DNA of 62,963 nt, the filler included, from Bigelowiella natans CCMP2755 (taxonomy: Eukaryota > Protista > Cercozoa): assembly GCA_000320545.1 (NCBI GenBank). It is 4 parts of 4 records of this genome, joined end to end, with 100 filler letters (N's around TTAATTAATTAA, not from the genome) between each part and the next. Parts side by side here need not be neighbours in the genome. Positions count along the whole stretch, not along the records: positions 1 to 29,240 come from ADNK01000444.1; 3 more parts are not named here. The stretch is one strand, 5' to 3'. The position numbers and the translations under genes were made by a program. The notes beneath the pieces are model-generated. The model was not told where the DNA came from. It did no database searches and worked only from the letters and a program-made list of their open reading frames with translations. Below are positions 14,001 through 26,501 of this stretch, one piece after another. The first letter of the stretch is position 1; each line of letters starts with the position of its first letter.

Positions 14001-15718
14001 AATGGTAGGGATATTTCGAGCTGACCGTGGCATAGTAGTACGAATGATGGCAGCGAACGGGGCACGTACTAATTATATAATAACAATAGCGTCATTTTTT
14101 TTCCTAAAATAGGTCGATTAGCGCTCATGATCAGGATAGAGAGGGGCGAGAGAGGAAGTACTCTCTCTTCAAAATAGCTATCGAAGCATATAAAATACTG
14201 CAAACAGCAAGTGTGTAGCATCAGAGAAGGATTGGTGTTAATCCGGAGGAGAAGAATCAACCCTATAGTCTGATAGCGACAGGTCCACTGACTGCAAATC
14301 GACTGTGAAATAACAGCGACAACAACAATGATTAATATTAATGCAGAAGAGAATACACCTCATATCAAAACAATTGAAGAGAATGCTTATTTCCCCCCCC
14401 TTTTTCTTCTACTCCTACTACTAATACTACTCCTACTACTATTCCTCTTTCTCTTCATCTATTTCTTACGTGTGATGAAATTTGTCAGTCCTTTGTGCCT
14501 TACTGCCATATCCTGTGAGCAGGTAAAACAAGCTGTTGGACATACCATCCAGTACACGCATTTGGATAAAAATATACATATATAAATGTGAATCTGAATC
14601 ATTTCTACATGCACAAATATGCGTATAAAAATACACTTCATTGTTATAATATCTATTGATGATGTGCATCCATGTGCCAACTAGCGGGCACTATTTCAAT
14701 GAAATTCGACCTCTAGCGCCGGTATGATGCCCTGTGCAAACTCACAGTATGTTCCTGAAAAATACCAAGCAGATGTGAAAGAAATTTCAAGGAGAACGAT
14801 TCTAAACAGGTGACATTCTTCTTAGAACGTGCATCTCTGCATTCTCATGGATATCTATCTTTTGGGATCTCATTACCATGAATCAATGCGACGACGAGCT
14901 CCGTGGCATCTACAAGGAAAATATGTACATTCAACATTAGCTGATATGAGTATTTACATCCATTACGAACACCATTTCACCCCACCACCTATGCTTAGAT
15001 GGTAATCGTTAAGGTCCGTGACGGCATGGACCCTGAGTGTGCATCAGGTGCAGCAAGTCGAAGATCACAACCAGCAATGCACGTTTGATCTAAAATTGCG
15101 AAAGAAATGGCGGGTGTTGATTATCACAAGAAGGTTTACAGATCGTTGCTCCGAAATCCGTAGAGGTAGTCGTCCCACCAGCCCCAGCCCTGGGGAACAA
15201 TAGGGAGCAACCAAGTGTGCGTGATTATCAACGACGTGCATCGAAGTGATGGCAAAAAATATTCTGCAAAGAGAGTCACACTATGCCTATATCTGTTCGA
15301 CTTTGTTGCACCACCTGCATGTACGTGTACACTCCAAAACCCGTCACAGCCCTGTGAATCAAACGGGAATTGATAAGTTCGCGAGAAGGGAGGGCTTGTG
15401 GGATATATACTTACATGACAAGGGCCATCAGGAAAAACGTACAGATACATCCTAGATCGAAGCATGGTTCCTCCGCTTTCACCGGTACTCTCTGTTGCTG
15501 AGTAGTCACCACAACACCAACCGTCACGTCATCACAATCTCTTCTTCGACTCGCCTTCGAACATGCCGAAGGAGCCAAAAAAAAACCCACACCGGTGGCG
15601 AGCTCCTCACATCTTGGCTCTCTAACGCTGCAATTATAGGAGAGAGAAGTAATCAGAACCGGAAGAACAACCGGGCGAGAGGGGGTGGGGTACCGTCGTA
15701 ACCCCGAGCAGGTTCCAT
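13495..15718 (-). CDS. Membrane-anchored thioredoxin-like protein with atypical CEFA motif, built from about 13 small exons
   Basis: Manual splicing gives MEPARGYDALESQDVRSSPPRVPVKAEEPCFDLGCICTFFLMALVMAVTGFGVYTYMQGWGWWDDYLYGFRSNDLVHAVTDLNDYHLSIDATELVVALIHGTYCEFAQGIIPALEDMAVRHKGLTNFITLDLQSVDLSLSDYRYVPRSLPSFVLLCHGQNLGEIPAKNFQELETAILEAERYCEAQKLQLPGVFGGRG*. All junctions are GT-AG and in phase. The pattern follows the Trx fold, including the cis-Pro SLPSF..G. Confidence 0.75.
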
Positions 15719-15879
15719 TTTCCCTGCTGTCAAAAAAGAAAACTGTTCTAGGTGTTGGGAGAGACGGGGAATAAAATTAAAAAACACAGGTAATTATCCC
15801 AATGCGACAGGTCGAATCTGTACCGCGAGCCCAGCCGATAACTATTAGACTACAAACTAAGTAACGATTGGTAGAAAGG

Positions 15880-17063
15880 AAGGCCGAAGCGAACGGAAAA
15901 GAAAAGAAAGCGAGGGAACAATGGGTCATTTTGCTAGGATGTTCCTGGGGGGAAGCAACTCATTTGGCAAAAAAAAGCACGCGGTGAAGGTTGTCGCCGG
16001 GAACCATCGTCTTGGGTTTTGACCATCGTCGCAACGCCGCCTCTGAAGTGTCATGTCATACTTTGGAGATGCAGTTTTTCATCATTGTTCATTGTTCATT
16101 GTTCATTGTTCATTGTTCTGAACGATGCACCATTCATTCATTCATTCATTCATTCATGTGACTCTCTTTGGAACCCTCTTTGGAACCAGAGTGCTGCTGG
16201 GTGAGCCCTCTGGTGACTTGGACAAGGATCGCCTCGTTGACATGGCTTTCAGAAAATCCTGGTCAGGATGGATGCGCACGCCATTTCTCTCAACTCTCAG
16301 TTGTGCTGCCTCGTTGCAGCCACGCGCGCTTGCACGCGCACCACGTGCGCCAACTTTGCAACGTGCTGGTTTTCTGTTTTCAAACCAGAGAATCCTTGTT
16401 GTTTGCAAGCTCGAGGCACTGTGTTTCGTGCTTTGCAAGTGTCACAATGCACTTTTGAAAGTGCAGTCGATCAACAATGTTGTCACTTGTTGTTCTTGTT
16501 TCTTGTGCTCTCATGCGTGGGTGAGTTGGCACATCCAATGATCCTTTCAGATCCCCTTTTGGAACAGCTTCGATCAGGACATTCATTCATTTCAACTGTG
16601 GATGACTCACTTCATTCATTCATGAATGGTCATGAATGAAACAAATGTTGAGAGTGTTTGTTGCAAAGCAAACCCAGCATTGCCTTTCCAGCTTTGTCGT
16701 GGAGGGCGTCTTCACGGGAAGCTTGACATGGACTCAACTCAACCATTGCTCACCAGGCTAGCAGGTCACGTACCGAACCAAACCCATGCATCGGATGGTT
16801 CTCTGAATTCACCGATGACAAGCACAGACGAGGATGTGTCCATTGTGAATGCAAAGAATCAAGATGCAAGTGAGGAACGAAGGATGCGAACGTGTTCTGA
16901 GTCATGACGTTGGCTCAATGTCTGAATCCATCAGTCTGTTGATGAACCACGTTTTTTGTGCTTTCATCTTGCACATCATTGCGTGTGTGCGCCAGCTTCG
17001 CCTGCCAGCATTGACGAGGAGTTGCTTCCATTCTCATTTGTGCCAACATGCAATCGCTTCAGC
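15880..17063 (+). pseudogene. TpA-depleted segment, possibly a decayed + strand gene or repeat
   Basis: Only 2 TA dinucleotides in 16061-17063. Exon-like blocks with AG/GT borders remain (e.g. ctttccag CTTTGTCGT...CTAGCAG gtcacg). It occupies the slot where orientation alternation predicts a + gene. No recognisable protein. Confidence 0.35.
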
Positions 17064-17185
17064 TATTTTGATGTGCTACGCCCAGCGCTAGCGCGGAAAC
17101 GAACAGTACACATGGGTTTTCACTGACACGATGTACGACTGATGCGGCATGATGTACATGCTGCACTGAAGACGCACATACAGAT

Positions 17186-17218
<33 letters not shown>

Positions 17219-17249
17219 AACACACTTACATGTATACAAATATATACGA

Positions 17250-17287
<38 letters not shown>

Positions 17288-17288
17288 T

Positions 17289-17344
<56 letters not shown>

Positions 17345-17546
17345 AAGAGAGAAAAGAAGGGGGGGGACAGGGAGGTGGAGAGGGGTCATAGCACTCCATA
17401 TTGGGGAAGCGATATGCGAATGAACAGCAGGACCGTTTGAAATAATTTCGATTTCAAATCCATGGAAAAACTCAGAGTTTCATCTAAATTTACAAAGGAC
17501 ATAACTTTACAAGGTCTGACAAAACGATACTTTTCATTCTCCATCA

Positions 17547-18935
17547 TCATATAATTGTGCAACTTCTTGAATCTCTACGTGGTCTATCTGCGGAATAAAT
17601 GTTCCGGTGGGTACCTCCAGTGATCGTATCCTTTATCTTTTGGAAGCTAGCTTTCAAGCTTTCTAGTTTGCTATTCCCATGTTGAGAAGAATCTAGATCA
17701 TCTGTTTCGTTTACTATCACCTGTGCGTCGGAAAAACTCTTCATATCTAACTCAAAGATTTCCATCCGGACTTGGGCACAATGCTTGAAATTCACGATGT
17801 GAAAGCGCAGGTATTGTGCGCACACTGGGTGCTCCAAGAAGGAAAATAGTATTCCTGTCAAAAGGAATAGAACAACCTTGAACATTAGCCTAGTAGCTAT
17901 ATCCACATGTATTTCATACGTACATTACGTGTTCTGTGTGCGCCTATATAAATGTGTGTACGCGCGCGCGCGCGCGCGTGTGTGTGTTCGATGAAAATTC
18001 ATATTTGGGAAAATTTAGATTGCTAGCAAAAGCGCGAGATTTCAATGAAAATAGCAAACATCAAGTACCATTTTCTGGCTCGAAACTACCGAGGAACTCA
18101 AAATTTATCCCATCTATACTCGACGATAACTAGGTATACATACATAAGCATATGAGTGTGAATTTATGTGTATCACGTTGTCTGGTGCTCAATGGTGCAG
18201 GAAAGGAAAAAGTATCACGTCTATCTTCCGATGATATTCAAATAATAGTTCAAGCTGGGAATAGATAAGGAAAGATCCCCTTGCAAACGGGAAAAGCGTT
18301 AGTGCTCGCAACTAAGTTCATCAGAAAATATTTGACAGGAAAGCGACCCACCCGAAATGTTGTGATCACTGCGCTTGATCTTCTAAATAATTCAAGAGCT
18401 ACGATAATGTGCGGCTCCCCTAAGTTAACCTAGAACACGGACCAAATGAACAAGAACTGTTTGATTAGTGTTTTTGTCATCAGGATGCTTTCACCATCCA
18501 ATTTTCTTTTTCTTTATCTTCCCAAAATTCAATGACAAAGACCGGGCTTTTCTCTAGCATACCGTTGTTCGCACTAAAATCTACCTGTAGCACACTATTC
18601 TTTTCTAATCCGAAGGCTGGCATCCACCCGGCACCTTTGGCACTCGTTTTCACACTACTCGGGGGGTGCTTGTTGAGAGATGATGATGCACGGAAGCAAT
18701 CATCTGATGAAGAAGAGCATGTAAGTGGTAGTCATTTCTAGGGCAAACTTTTATTATTTTGTGCTTAGATATGTAGAAGTCGTCTGCATAACCCACCTTC
18801 TAAAAAAGGCAGAATTGGAATTAGGCATCTATCTGCAAATTTCTTCGTTCCGACTGCCTCTGCTAAGCCCTGGGAAAGGAAGGCAGAGAACTTAGAATGA
18901 TATCACTATCACCATCTTCATCGCCACCACCACTG

Positions 18936-18968
<33 letters not shown>

Positions 18969-19372
18969 CTTGTATCGTGGTGACTATCATACACTCCTGT
19001 CCATCTCATCATGACGTCACCATCGAATCATGACCGTCATTGCCAACATCAATGTCGCCATCACAAGCAATCTACTTTGCATAAGCAATTGTTCTTACCG
19101 ATAAGCCGCCCGTGCTTTCCTGTAGTTTTTCTATACCACCAACCGACTCAATGAAAGATCCAAGCCCCCCAGCCCCGAGAAGGGAGGTTCTCTAGTCCTC
19201 CGCACAACTCCACCAATTTGGACAATCCTTTAGTGTGATTTAGCAAGGGCTTGAATCCGTTGGTAACCTAAATTGCCAATAGATCAAGAAAAATCCTGGT
19301 AGATTGACGCATTCAACCAAGCTAATCCCTGTCCCCCCCCCTCCCTTTTTAATGTATAATAAACACATATAG

Positions 19373-19412
<40 letters not shown>

Positions 19413-19816
19413 CTGTATGATATCATCATTATCCGATATTCATTATCCAATATGAAATATGATTCGAGCTAAGAAAGATTATCGAGCAAAAATTCTGTTG
19501 AAGAAGCTGCCACGTAGGAGGAGTGATATCAATCCGCAGAACGGAACGTGTGTGCGAATACGAATGTGTTGAGTTAAAAGACTACCTGAAGTAGTGCTGA
19601 AAATTGTTTATTATCTAATATCCACTTAATTTCAGCTTTCGCATGCTCGTGAATTTTTTCGTCCTCCTCCTCCAATATGGCCAAGAAGAACTTAGATTTC
19701 GACATGGCTACTGACTTGAGTCGATGCTCCTTTGTGTCACTTATGCTGCGTCCATCCTCGCTTTTGCATTCCTTTCCTCCATGATCCAAGAATGCGAGAT
19801 CTCTGGGTGTAAGCAT
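17547..19816 (-). CDS. Protein with 10-aa GGL repeats and a C-terminal F5/8 type C (discoidin) domain; one apparent +1 frameshift
   Basis: Exons give DDCFRASSSLNKHPPSSVKTSAKGAGWMPAFGLEKNSVLQ|VNLGEPHIIVALELFRRSSAVITTFR|LSSSIDGINFEFLGSFEPEN|GILFSFLEHPVCAQYLRFHIVNFKHCAQVRMEIF, the discoidin pattern. The frame breaks at homopolymer runs in 19165-19184. The 5' end is uncertain. Confidence 0.65.
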
Positions 19817-20439
19817 CGCGGCTTTCAACTGGAAGCAAGGCTCTACCCTCCTTTCTGGAACAATATCCTAATGCTGTGCGTCGGTGTGGGCCGGCAACAT
19901 AATGGAAGGGAAGAAAAGAAGAATCAGTTCGGCCGCTCGAAGAGCGCGGGTGCGCAAAAGCGGGGCGGAATGCGGGTCAGAAGAATATACCAATGCAGCG
20001 CTACTGCTCATTTAGAACAACTGGAGGAGTGGGTTCCATTGCCTACGACCGATTTGTCAACTTGGATCAGCTCAGGTGGTATACAGTAGACCCAGACCCA
20101 GGTCAACGACGCAAACTGCTAGACCGGTTGAAATAACCCCTACGTTACGATAATTAGATCTACGGCATGACGTCGCACGGATCCCACGTTTCAATTTCTA
20201 AGGAGAACATCCTACGACGACAATGGGGCTTGCTTGTCGTCTTAAGATAGTACCCATGTGATCCGCGATACATCGGGAGGGCTTCCGTTTCGACCCGCGG
20301 CCTCAATATATGTCGGCGCAGTCGGACATCTAAAAAAGAGACAGCTATCTCGGTTGGATTCCCAGCTGGTTAATGTAAGGGTAAATTCTAGCCCAGATTC
20401 AGTCGTCTCGAAACATAGCCAACACCCCGAAACAGACTC

Positions 20440-21501
20440 ATGGAGGAGCGGAGTGGCCCCTGTGCGCCCACCCCATCTGAAAACCGAGATCCTACGAGGG
20501 ATTCCATTACGAAACAGAGTCCATTCCTCCTCAACAAGATAGCGACTTCATCTTCGTCGGAAGAGATATTACAGAAAGATGCTGAAGCTACTGCCCGGCT
20601 CTCAGCCCCCAAAGTGATCCCGATTCGCAAACCCTCGGAGCCTATCGTGCGGCGAACAACGCCTGTACCAGCGTCGAATCTTATGTCCAGACTTCAGGTG
20701 ATTGTAAATTAGATCTCAGTTGTCTAATTCAAATCCTACCCTCCCCCCCTACCAAGTGAAATCTCAAAAATCAATGATAAATATTCCAGGGTTTCTTGGG
20801 AAAGATGAAGACAGCCAACGAAAAGCTACTCCATGATATCGAACAAGTGCCATAGCGTGCATAAACGCGAACGAAAAATTACTAACAATAAGCTATTTGG
20901 ATGCTGCTCTGATGTTGATTTAATTACAATTATTTGGTTTTTGCTCCAGAATGGGCGGGGCAAGTATGAGATAGATTTACAAGAGGCTGACGACGACGAC
21001 AACGACGACGGCGATAACGACAGTAATGAAGATAGCGCTTCCAGCGGAGACGATAGAGCAGAAAAATCCCAAGAAGCTAGGGCCGATGTCAAAATGATAG
21101 AGATGAACCTGGGTCTGGGAGTCTTCGAAGCGAGGTCACGCGAGGAGGAAAAGGCGGTACTACTCCCCGACTATAATTATGTCCTGGATGCGTAGATTGA
21201 CCTCCTCGCATTTTATTTATGTATTAATATCCTTCGCAGAACGGATATACCGAGCCTACTGCAGATGAGGTTAAAAAGAGGTAGTCTTCTCGAAATTTAT
21301 TTAATAGTTTTGCTGAATGTATGCAGTCCTTAATGAACTCTGGCACATACACAGGACTGACGAGGTTCTTGGCATAGAGAAGGGCAATGAGAGCAAAGTC
21401 AATCATCCTGGCGTTGAACTTCTTCCTGAGCCATCGCTTAGTAAGAAGAGGGAAGCTTTAACAGCAACAAAGGAGGTGTTAGATGTTGATGTGAGTGTGT
21501 T

Positions 21502-21543
<42 letters not shown>

Positions 21544-21689
21544 CAGAAACATGAAATACATCATGGAATACTGTTCTTCACATTTACTTCGCAAAATATA
21601 AATATGACTTGTTGCCGATATTGTAGGATGGCCCAAACAAGAAGGAACCGCAGCAAAAGGGTCGCATAAAAAAGCAAAAGATAATATAA
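20440..21689 (+). CDS. NOPCHAP1: NOP protein chaperone 1 (C12orf45/DUF4598)-like
   Basis: SNLMSRLQ|GFLGKMKTANEKL, an acidic tract and MIEMNLGLGVFE match the two conserved DUF4598 blocks. The last exon ends KKQKII* at 21689. Confidence 0.75.
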
Positions 21690-22274
21690 TTTTAAATGTT
21701 CTCCCGGCTGCATCACTACTGGACTTCATAAACTATTCACACCATGTACCGGAGCACAGCTACATATTCTAAACAAGCAAACAGCTATTCCAGACCACAT
21801 GCATGCTCATAGATTTAATTAAAGTGTTGTAGCCACTTTGCATAGCTACACTGCGTGAGTAACAGACACGGTTTTCGCCATCACTCCCGCCAGCTAGCGT
21901 AGCACAACCCTCGCGCTTCTGAAGCCATCCACGTGTCAGTGAAAGCCATTATTGTACATGCTAGCATGTGCATACACATGCACGAGCAGCACTGCATTCA
22001 CATGCATGAATGGCATCATATAGTAGAAACAAATGAATATAATTTAAGCAGTGATGCCGCAGCTTGCATAGCTACCTTCTTTAGGATGACAATTGAAAAA
22101 TTATATATATTCATTACCTCCGTCTTATGAATGCACATGAGCGAACGCATGTATGCACGTATACAATGTATTTGTGTATCATGATGTAATTAGCTAACAG
22201 ATCACACATGAAGTGCTGATGATGTAGCCTCGCTGTTATTGCTATCTCAATCGGCGAAAGATCCTCAGCTATTT

Positions 22275-22918
22275 CTAGCCTGCTAGGCAATAGTTTATGA
22301 TATTCCTTTTCATGATTTCTTCCGAAACGTCATCATTCTTGAACCGATTATAGCCTCTGAGCGCTCTCTCCCTTGACAGGCCCATCGCACCGACAAGCTC
22401 TTCCAGCCATTGAGGCGGCGATTGTGTTGCTATTGCTGCTCCATGCCCTTGTCCTCCACCATTTCCGCTGCCATCGTCCTTTTTGTCCCCACCCTTTTCT
22501 TGTGTTGATTCTCTGTTGCTTGTGCTACCTTGATTGCTCTGCGTGGTCGTCGTAGTATCCCGAGCAGCGGGGGACCGCTCTTTTTTGTCGCCGTTATTGT
22601 TACTATTCTTTTTATCGTTTTCTGCTTCAGGATCATTGCTGCTGCTCTCTACTGCCCTGTTCCCGTTATGAGACAAGACGAGAGATGCCGCTATAGCCCT
22701 CTCAAGCTCAGAAGTCCCAGTATCGCTGCCTGTCGGCATCATCGAAGCCTGAAGGGCACGTTGCAAGGCGCTCTCTTCCGGAGATACTCCAAGCGAGTTC
22801 AAAACAGCTTGCTGCATCGGGCTGTTGTTGGATGATAATTAATACAGCATCATACAGCACGTATGATGAACGGATAGCAGATCTAATGCGCACTTTAAGA
22901 TACATTTTAATCTTTGTG

Positions 22919-22959
<41 letters not shown>

Positions 22960-24740
22960 GCCCACATACACTCACATATATGATGTATATAATAATTATA
23001 AAATGAAACAATACATGCGAGCACATGAAATAAAAAGAGGTATACATCGCCTTTCGCGGTGGCGTTATGTATGATTCATATTAGAGTACCTCGTAGTTGA
23101 TCCTGAATTTGCACCTGTCGCGCCCCCTTTAGAGAGCTGGATTGCTCGTTGGATCTGCACATCAAAGTTGTCATGTCCTCCGCGTTTGAACTCCTGTCGC
23201 GACACTTCAAGCGCAAGCTTTAGTTCCTGGTCTTGAGTCTGAGTGTTGGGCCTTGTTCTCTCCCGGCTGCGAGAAGCCGCGATCACGCTGAGATATATTT
23301 AGGCAAAATGAGCATATGTGTGCTAAATATGTGCATATACACATATAATATGTGTTTCAACAAAGGAGAGCGGGGGACTATAGACAGAATTTCAGGTGCT
23401 CTAGAAGAAGAAAACATCCTAAAACTTTTTCCTTTCGAACGAAACAACATCATTACCGGTCCTCCCACACGCCTGGTTCGCTGTTCAGCCACTTGGATTT
23501 TATCTCAGGATATTCTATTGTGTTGTAGTGACTCCCACAGTGATAGCTGATTCGGATGGGGTTACTGCCCCCTAAGTGCCGCTGGTACGTTTTCATTGGC
23601 TCGGCGCTATACGCATAAATCTCAACGCGCCTGGAGTATATTTCGGAAAGGGCTTGGATCTCGACGTTATCACCCCATTCGCCGTCTCGCCGCATGCGCT
23701 GTATATAGACTTTTGCATCCCCGTCGATATAGTTGCTGAAGAAGTTCCGCTCAGCCTCCACGTAATCCATGCATTTCTCGCGGAGGAGCGAGTGATGCTT
23801 TGCGTCCCCATATATCTGATAGCTTATTGATCGGAACAGGCAGTTTCCATCACCAGCCATCGGCCTTATTGACCACCCCTTCACTCGCTTGAGATCATCT
23901 GCAAAGCGTGACTCCTCGCCTGCTGGAGGTCGGTAATTCGAATTCGAGCGGTTCAGGGGGGGGGGGCGTTGCTGCTGAGAGGAAGCAGGTGGATCCGTGT
24001 AGTAGTGCAGTGGCGCAAGGCGGTACGAGTCACTAATGGATGCGTTGACAGGTTTTTGGGTGGGGAGGAGGCGATGAGTAATACACAAGGATTCGACCAT
24101 GCCAATACATCACTAGCTTGCGATATTGGGGATATTTGTTTCAGTCACGTATTATTACCTGTTAATCCATTCGTCAAACTTTGACGACCAGCCGTCGTAA
24201 CTAACCTTGACCTGGAACCTATTAGGCGGCTCGTTGATGACCTCGGTGATGGTAGCCTTACACCACTTCTCCGAGGTGTCGTGAACGTCTAGTCTGACGC
24301 TGACACGTAATTCAGGCCTCTGATCACAACGAGGAGGGTGCTGGATAAATTCCGTGAGTGCGGGGCGGACCCGGTGTCGCACTGCGCTCCCCTCACCCAT
24401 GTCTAATCGTTCGTCAAATTTATCTTTCCAACCTGATTGCACGATACGTCTCTTCAATTCGAAGGTGGTTGCAGTTGACGCAAATATAAGACTCGGCCAA
24501 ACCGAACAACAACTAAAACTAACCTTTGTAGTGCACGTAGATAGACTCGCCATCATCGGCGTCCTCCACCTGTATCACCTGAGCCTCCAGCCATTGATTA
24601 TGGGTGTCCATGACGTCCAGCCACTGGTTCGGGTAGAAAGGCCGAATGGGGAGGGTGCTTGAATCGATGTCTGCTCGCCCTCTGGCCTCTTCCGCCTGCT
24701 TGCCATCACCTTCAGGCTCTTCTATAGCTTTGGATTCCAT
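22275..24740 (-). CDS. OTU deubiquitinase (OTUD5-like) with two N-terminal Tudor/MBT-like modules, several UIMs and a UBA-like tail
   Basis: Catalytic GDGNCLFRS, GEWGDNVEIQALSEIY and ISYHCGSHYN motifs. UIM-like ELKLALEVS, IQRAIQLS, LQRALQAS, LERAIAAS. Two LDVxDT..W..A.I.....V.Y.GW..KFDE modules. Confidence 0.85.
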
Positions 24741-24819
24741 TTTTTCGATTCTGCCCCGTTCTGCCCTGATTGTACAGGATGGCTGTGATTATTGATGCAA
24801 ACGTAACCGGTTTACATCC

Positions 24820-24828
24820 TGCGACAAC
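24820..24828 (+). promoter_or_regulatory. Candidate bidirectional-promoter motif TGCGACA(AC), representative copy
   Basis: Exact 7-mer (either strand) at 10209, 15803, 24820, 36221, 36454, 45454, 50499, 50790, 54848 and 58540, all in head-to-head spacers. Confidence 0.5.
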
Positions 24829-25136
24829 ATTCTAGGAATTATCCCAGATCATGCCGGGTTTGTGGTTCCGAAACGAGGAAAGGAACAAAAATTATGTCGG
24901 GTAGAAGGCCGCTGACCAAATTCTGCTCCGAGATTCTCGAAGACTCTCGCGGATTCCCAGGATTTCCCATCCTTTTACGATTGAAGACAACCACAAGTCG
25001 AATGACGCAAGAGAAAAAATGAGAGAGAGAGAGAGAAGAAAATGGCCTTTCTCCAACAACAACAACTCGGGACTCAATTTGCTTTTTCTCGTGCTCTACT
25101 TTTTCACCTTCACCTCCCCGTCCGCCCGCCCGAGCG

Positions 25137-25755
25137 ATGTCACAGCTGGTTCGCACACCGCTCATACGCCTCGGAAAGCTGTCACCTAAGTCCGGAGCTA
25201 CTATATACTGCAAATGGGAGGGTGCACAGGTCCTTTTTCTCTCTGTACACGTGCTTTGTTATCGACGTCACGCTGAGTATGGCTTAAGATGACTGGAAGC
25301 ATGAAAGATCGCATGGCCTGGAGCATGATCGAACATGCGCTTGAGTCTGGGGAGCTACGTCCTGGGGGGAGAGTTGTTGGTGAGAGATGAAGCCAATAAT
25401 CAAATAAATAGAGCAGGCATGACATATTTAAGTTTTGTTCTGAACAGAACTAACGGGGGGGTCAACTGGAAGTTCCCTTGCGATGGTGTGCGCCATAAAG
25501 GGACTCTCCGCTCACTTTGTCACCTCTGATGCATTCGCAAAGGAAAAGCTGGACACTATGAAGGCATTTGGAGCCACGCTTGACGTCCTCGAGAGCGGGC
25601 CTGAAAAGAAGATAACGGCAGAGTATTTTCAAAGGGGGAAAAAGAGAGTTCAGGAACTGCTCTCGGACCCTCACACCTTTTGCACAGACCAATTCAACAA
25701 CCCATTCAATCGTGCTGGATACTATGGTTTGGGCGACGAGATCGTCGAGGTAGCG

Positions 25756-25796
<41 letters not shown>

Positions 25797-26501
25797 TAAC
25801 TTTCGCTAAACGCGCCTCGTCTTACGTGCAAAGTCGTTTATATTTGAAGGATTTGCCGAGAGTGGATATGTTCATCCACGGCGTCGGAACTGGCGGCTCT
25901 ATCACGGGAATCGCGGAGATCCTTAAGAACTCATACGGCCACAGCAATGTCCAGTGCGTTGGAGTCGAGCCTGCCAAGTCGCGAGCCCTGTCAGGAGCGC
26001 CGCTTGAAGACTGCGAAGGACATTTGCTTGAGGGGATGGGGGCGGGCTTTGTGCCAGGGTTATTTGACACCAATCTAGTGGACGATGTAGCTCCTGCTAC
26101 AGATGAGGTGCACTCAAAACACTGATAAGCAAAACGATGATGATGATGATGATGATGAAGATGATGATGATGGTGATGGGTGATAATGATGTAATCATGA
26201 TTCTGAGGAATTGTGCTCGCGTTGCAAATCAAGTGGCTTATGATCGCTAACCTTGGAGCACTTTTCTTCTTTATGTTTGCTTTAATTCCTGCTACTTCAG
26301 GACGCTGAGTTTTGGGCCCGGGAACTCGCACGCGTTGAGGGTGTATTTTCCGGTTATAGTACAGGTGCAAGCTTCAGTGTAGCTCTAGAGATGGCTAGTA
26401 ATATGAAGCCTGAAGAGAACGTCGTGATCATCGGCTGCGACTCCGGACTGAAGTATCTAGGCGGAAACTTGTATAAAATCAAAAACCAGGACGGCTCGTA
26501 G
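25137..26501 (+). CDS. Cysteine synthase-family PLP enzyme, 5 exons
   Basis: MSQLVRTPLIRL...CKWEGAQ|MTGSMKDR (PLP lysine), GGSTGSSLAMVCAIKG, DQFNNPFN, GVGTGGSITG, HLLEGMGAGFVP, EGVFSGYSTGA, CDSGLKYL. Confidence 0.9.

Noticed and set aside
16061-17063. Classical RIP or 5mC deamination as the cause of the compositional island
   Set aside because: Those processes create TpA and remove CpA/CpG; here TpA is lost while CpG, CpA and TpG remain common.
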